A DNA stretch of 64,000 nucleotides, taken from positions 14,456,698 to 14,520,697 of the forward strand of contig OZ037765.1 in NCBI GenBank assembly GCA_964035545.1. Direction: 5' to 3'. A program made the translations under genes and the position numbers. Origin of the DNA: Bugula neritina. Its lineage: Eukaryota > Animalia > Bryozoa. This document shows, piece after piece, positions 61,421-64,000 of this stretch; positions within the stretch are counted from its first letter, which is position 1, and each line of letters begins with the position of its first letter. The notes under the pieces were generated by a model, which was given only the letters and a program-made list of their open reading frames with translations, was not told the origin of the DNA and ran no database searches.

Positions 61421-62527
61421 AGGAACAACATTATCTCCACGCTCACCTTCTATCGGCTGTGGTGGTGTTCCAGCATCGTCAGTCTCCATCGTTGATATAC
61501 ACAGCTTATCCCACCGCTGCCACCACTGTTATCTTTTTCAGTATTGTGGGTTTAGTGTGCAATCAAGTTACTTCATAACACGTAATCTAAATCAACTCCA
61601 CAAGTGTGGTTCAGGTTACAATAATATATTTATACAATAATACACAATCCAACTAAATCTATAAAACACATTAACAACTACTCAGCACAGTGTTTACAGT
61701 TTGCTAGTTTACTCCTAACTAACTGTTACGCGGAAAGTCACAGTTCCTAATTATAGTTCATGATTCCTATTGGCGGATTGCTGTCTCGGGTCATCTTCGT
61801 AATACACTTAGTGACCCCGTGCTGAACTTAAAAGGGAATTAACATTTCCCCCTCCTTCGTTATGATCGTAGCTCCACGAGCCACCACACCATTACAATAT
61901 GTTAATTATATAGCTAAAGTATATGCTATCAGTTTGTAACATTTATGTAACAGACCTGAAGGCTAGTAAGCACTCAACTCCAATGATATACCACATTAGT
62001 AGCAGAAGTAAAAATATCTAGCATGTCTAAAAGAAATACTTTGCTAAACTTGAGAAGCTCTCCGCATAATGGTAATTAACACAGCTCTATACTTATAGAA
62101 TCTAGTCAAATTTCAATACATTGTAATTATATATTACCATATACTTCGAAACACAGCAGGAGCTTCATTTTAAAAGTTAACACACTTGTTTATGCATACA
62201 GCTGTAAAGCCTATTAGTAGTAGCTTTCAATGTTTTCTGTATATTTTATATTTATGTTTTGTAGTGTACATACATTGCTCCTAACTCGCTTCAATATAAT
62301 ATACAGTGTGAACAATACCACGTTTTGATTGTGCCAGAACAGGGCTATTAAAAAGTGGTAAAATCCGTGTAGGTCAGGACTATATGAAAATCACCAACTG
62401 CAAAATTGTTTTGTGTGCATGTCATATTTTTATGGCGCTTTTGCTTTCACCTTATAAACATATACATGCACAACACTTGGTCATGCAAATTATTTAAAAT
62501 TTTAAATGTACATCATGCATATTCTGG

Positions 62528-62680
62528 AGGTAGATGAAGTAATGGAGAAATTGAGAAAAGCCTGTGTTCTAAATTGAAAATGTAACAGAGGATATTATGT
62601 TCTCGCACAAAGTTCAACTTGTTCCCCAAACTTAATAATGAAGTTAAAGAGCTTGGGCTATCTCAATATTCTGAGCATAT
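62528..62680. repeat. Short dispersed repeat with a second copy at ~42519-42660; internally palindromic
   Basis: GGTAG(A/G)TG(A/C)AGTAATGGAGAAAT(T/A)GAGAAAAGCCTGTGTTCTA and a downstream GGCTATCTCAAT occur at both loci. Confidence 0.65.
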
Positions 62681-63562
62681 AACATATTTTAACTTTGAAC
62701 TGTGGCCATGGATTTATTTGCAATGCCCTTGGCTAAATTTACACATTTTTCATATGCTTTAATAGAAAATATCAATTTTTTCATCTTCTGTTTTTCACTG
62801 ACAAGGAAGCAAACTGTATAAAATGCTTTAGGTTTCTATAAAAAAAGTTATATTATAATTTGTTCTAGCCTTATGCCAATCGGTCATGCATATTTAGTAA
62901 ATCAGCAAGTAAGAACTGGCAGATACTACTGCTTAATTGCATTATTGACTGCAGAGCATAAACGTTTCCAAACAGCTTAGCCAACAAATGTTCGTAATAA
63001 TACAATATTGTCACATAATTACAACTTTTGTAACTAGTTGTCAGACAAAAGGTTCACTTATGTTATGATGGTATAATGCTGTATGCTATGGTGCAATGGG
63101 TGTTGAAATAAAGTTTTACCAAGAGTATATTTGCAGACTTACAATTTTCAATTTTGGAGAAAGTAAATTAGCTTTTTAATAAATAAATTTCAGTTCTACC
63201 AACATAAAGTATAAAAAAGCAACACAAAAAACATAAATTGCACGACTTTAATTAAAAGCTATAATTATATACATTTTGCACTTGAACACATAAGCTGATA
63301 TTTTTGCTACATAGAGGGGAGTGATCCTATAGTGTTTGTCTTTTACCTCTTCATGATACAATTTTTGATGACAGAGACAATGTTTGCATCTTTCTAACTT
63401 TGTGGCACCTGCTCCCATTTCAGATGTCAACCACCAACTCACCATGTTTATGTCAAGTTTAGTGAAATTAGAACTGTTGCACTTTCAGTTTTTGACAACA
63501 AAACATAGCAGGCAACATAATTTTATATATTAGTCTTACACTTGAAAGTTTTGCAGTTATAT

Positions 63563-64000
63563 TGTTTTAGTTTTGTGGACTACTACAGGTGTGGTTTTTT
63601 GTGGGCTTGACTGCTAGTTCATTGTCTGACTAAGAGGTTAACTAAGAGAACTGAGGAGTGGTTACATTTAGATGAACAATTGTATTTACATTGTCTAATT
63701 ACAAAAAGCAAGGTGCATAAAGTTAAAAGAGCACATATGAGATCAAAATACAAGAGTGGTTAGTTTAGCTCTACGTCAGGAATGAGACTGCATGGGCGCC
63801 GAAAGGTACTTCTTATAAAGGGGAAGTATTATTTGATTGGCTGCTGGGTTCAGGTGGTGGGGACCGCAGCGGCTGGTGCGGCATCCTGCGTCATCACCGC
63901 AGAAGTGCGACATTATGAAATGCTAGCTTTAGCGTAGTGAATAGAGTTTACATACCTTGGACCATAATACAGTTATGCTCTCTATACAAGTGTCTGTATA
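63563..64000. mobile_element. Probable LTR running off the window end
   Basis: ATAT|TG start. The first 23 nt match the fragment at 25974. AGCGTAGTGAATAG is shared with LTR A (~53909). Confidence 0.45.

Larger units (their letters stand above)
54335..61888 (-). mobile_element. Full-length Ty3/Gypsy element E2 (tRNA-Leu PBS), decayed, carrying an extra ORF3
   Basis: 362-bp LTRs at 54335-54696 and 61527-61888. PBS at 61508-61525 (ATCCCACCGCTGCCACCA on +). PPT at ~54697-54706. Gag knuckle CWECGNQGHFCRYC; RT YLDD; RH; IN; pol is clearly homologous to E1 but the LTRs are unrelated. Confidence 0.95.
52349..61896 (+). mobile_element. Outer solo LTR A (pieces 52349-52404, 53795-54334, ~61889-61896), interrupted by LTR B and Gypsy E2
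   Basis: ATAT|TGTAATGG ... ATTACA|ATAT. Segment 53840-54210 is an inverted homologue of LTR B, with a TATA box at ~54155. Confidence 0.6.

Noticed and set aside
63248-63445. Cys/His-containing 65-aa ORF, possibly a transposase C-terminal relic
   Set aside because: Too short and degenerate to assign.

Overview
AT-rich, intron-rich invertebrate animal DNA. It holds four spliced host genes in two tail-to-tail pairs: liprin-beta/PPFIBP (+, 5862-15335, 5' part unresolved) facing merlin/NF2 (-, 15700-24667), and TXNL4A/Dim1 (+, 46250-47060) facing CFAP95/C9orf135 (-, 47389-49836). Most of the rest is mobile DNA: a CR1/L2-group LINE with an intact EN-RT ORF2, an RTE-like LINE 3' fragment, a 3'-truncated Gypsy with a tRNA-Ile PBS, two related full-length but decayed Gypsy elements with a tRNA-Leu PBS (E1 30749-38212, E2 54335-61888), a nest of solo LTRs, several MITE/foldback elements, a Sola2-like transposase relic, and minisatellites. 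Main finding: both tRNA-Leu Gypsy elements carry a sense-strand accessory gene downstream of pol, in the position env would occupy. The gene has a 25-nt ATG micro-exon, a GT-AG intron with a CTAAC/TACTAAC branch point, and an exon encoding a C2H2 finger, an atypical CxC..H..C finger and a C-terminal coiled coil. The ORF track misses this structure. A second oddity is a liprin-beta minisatellite that repeats an in-frame 5' splice site 27 times. All calls come from reading the sequence by eye; no searches were run.
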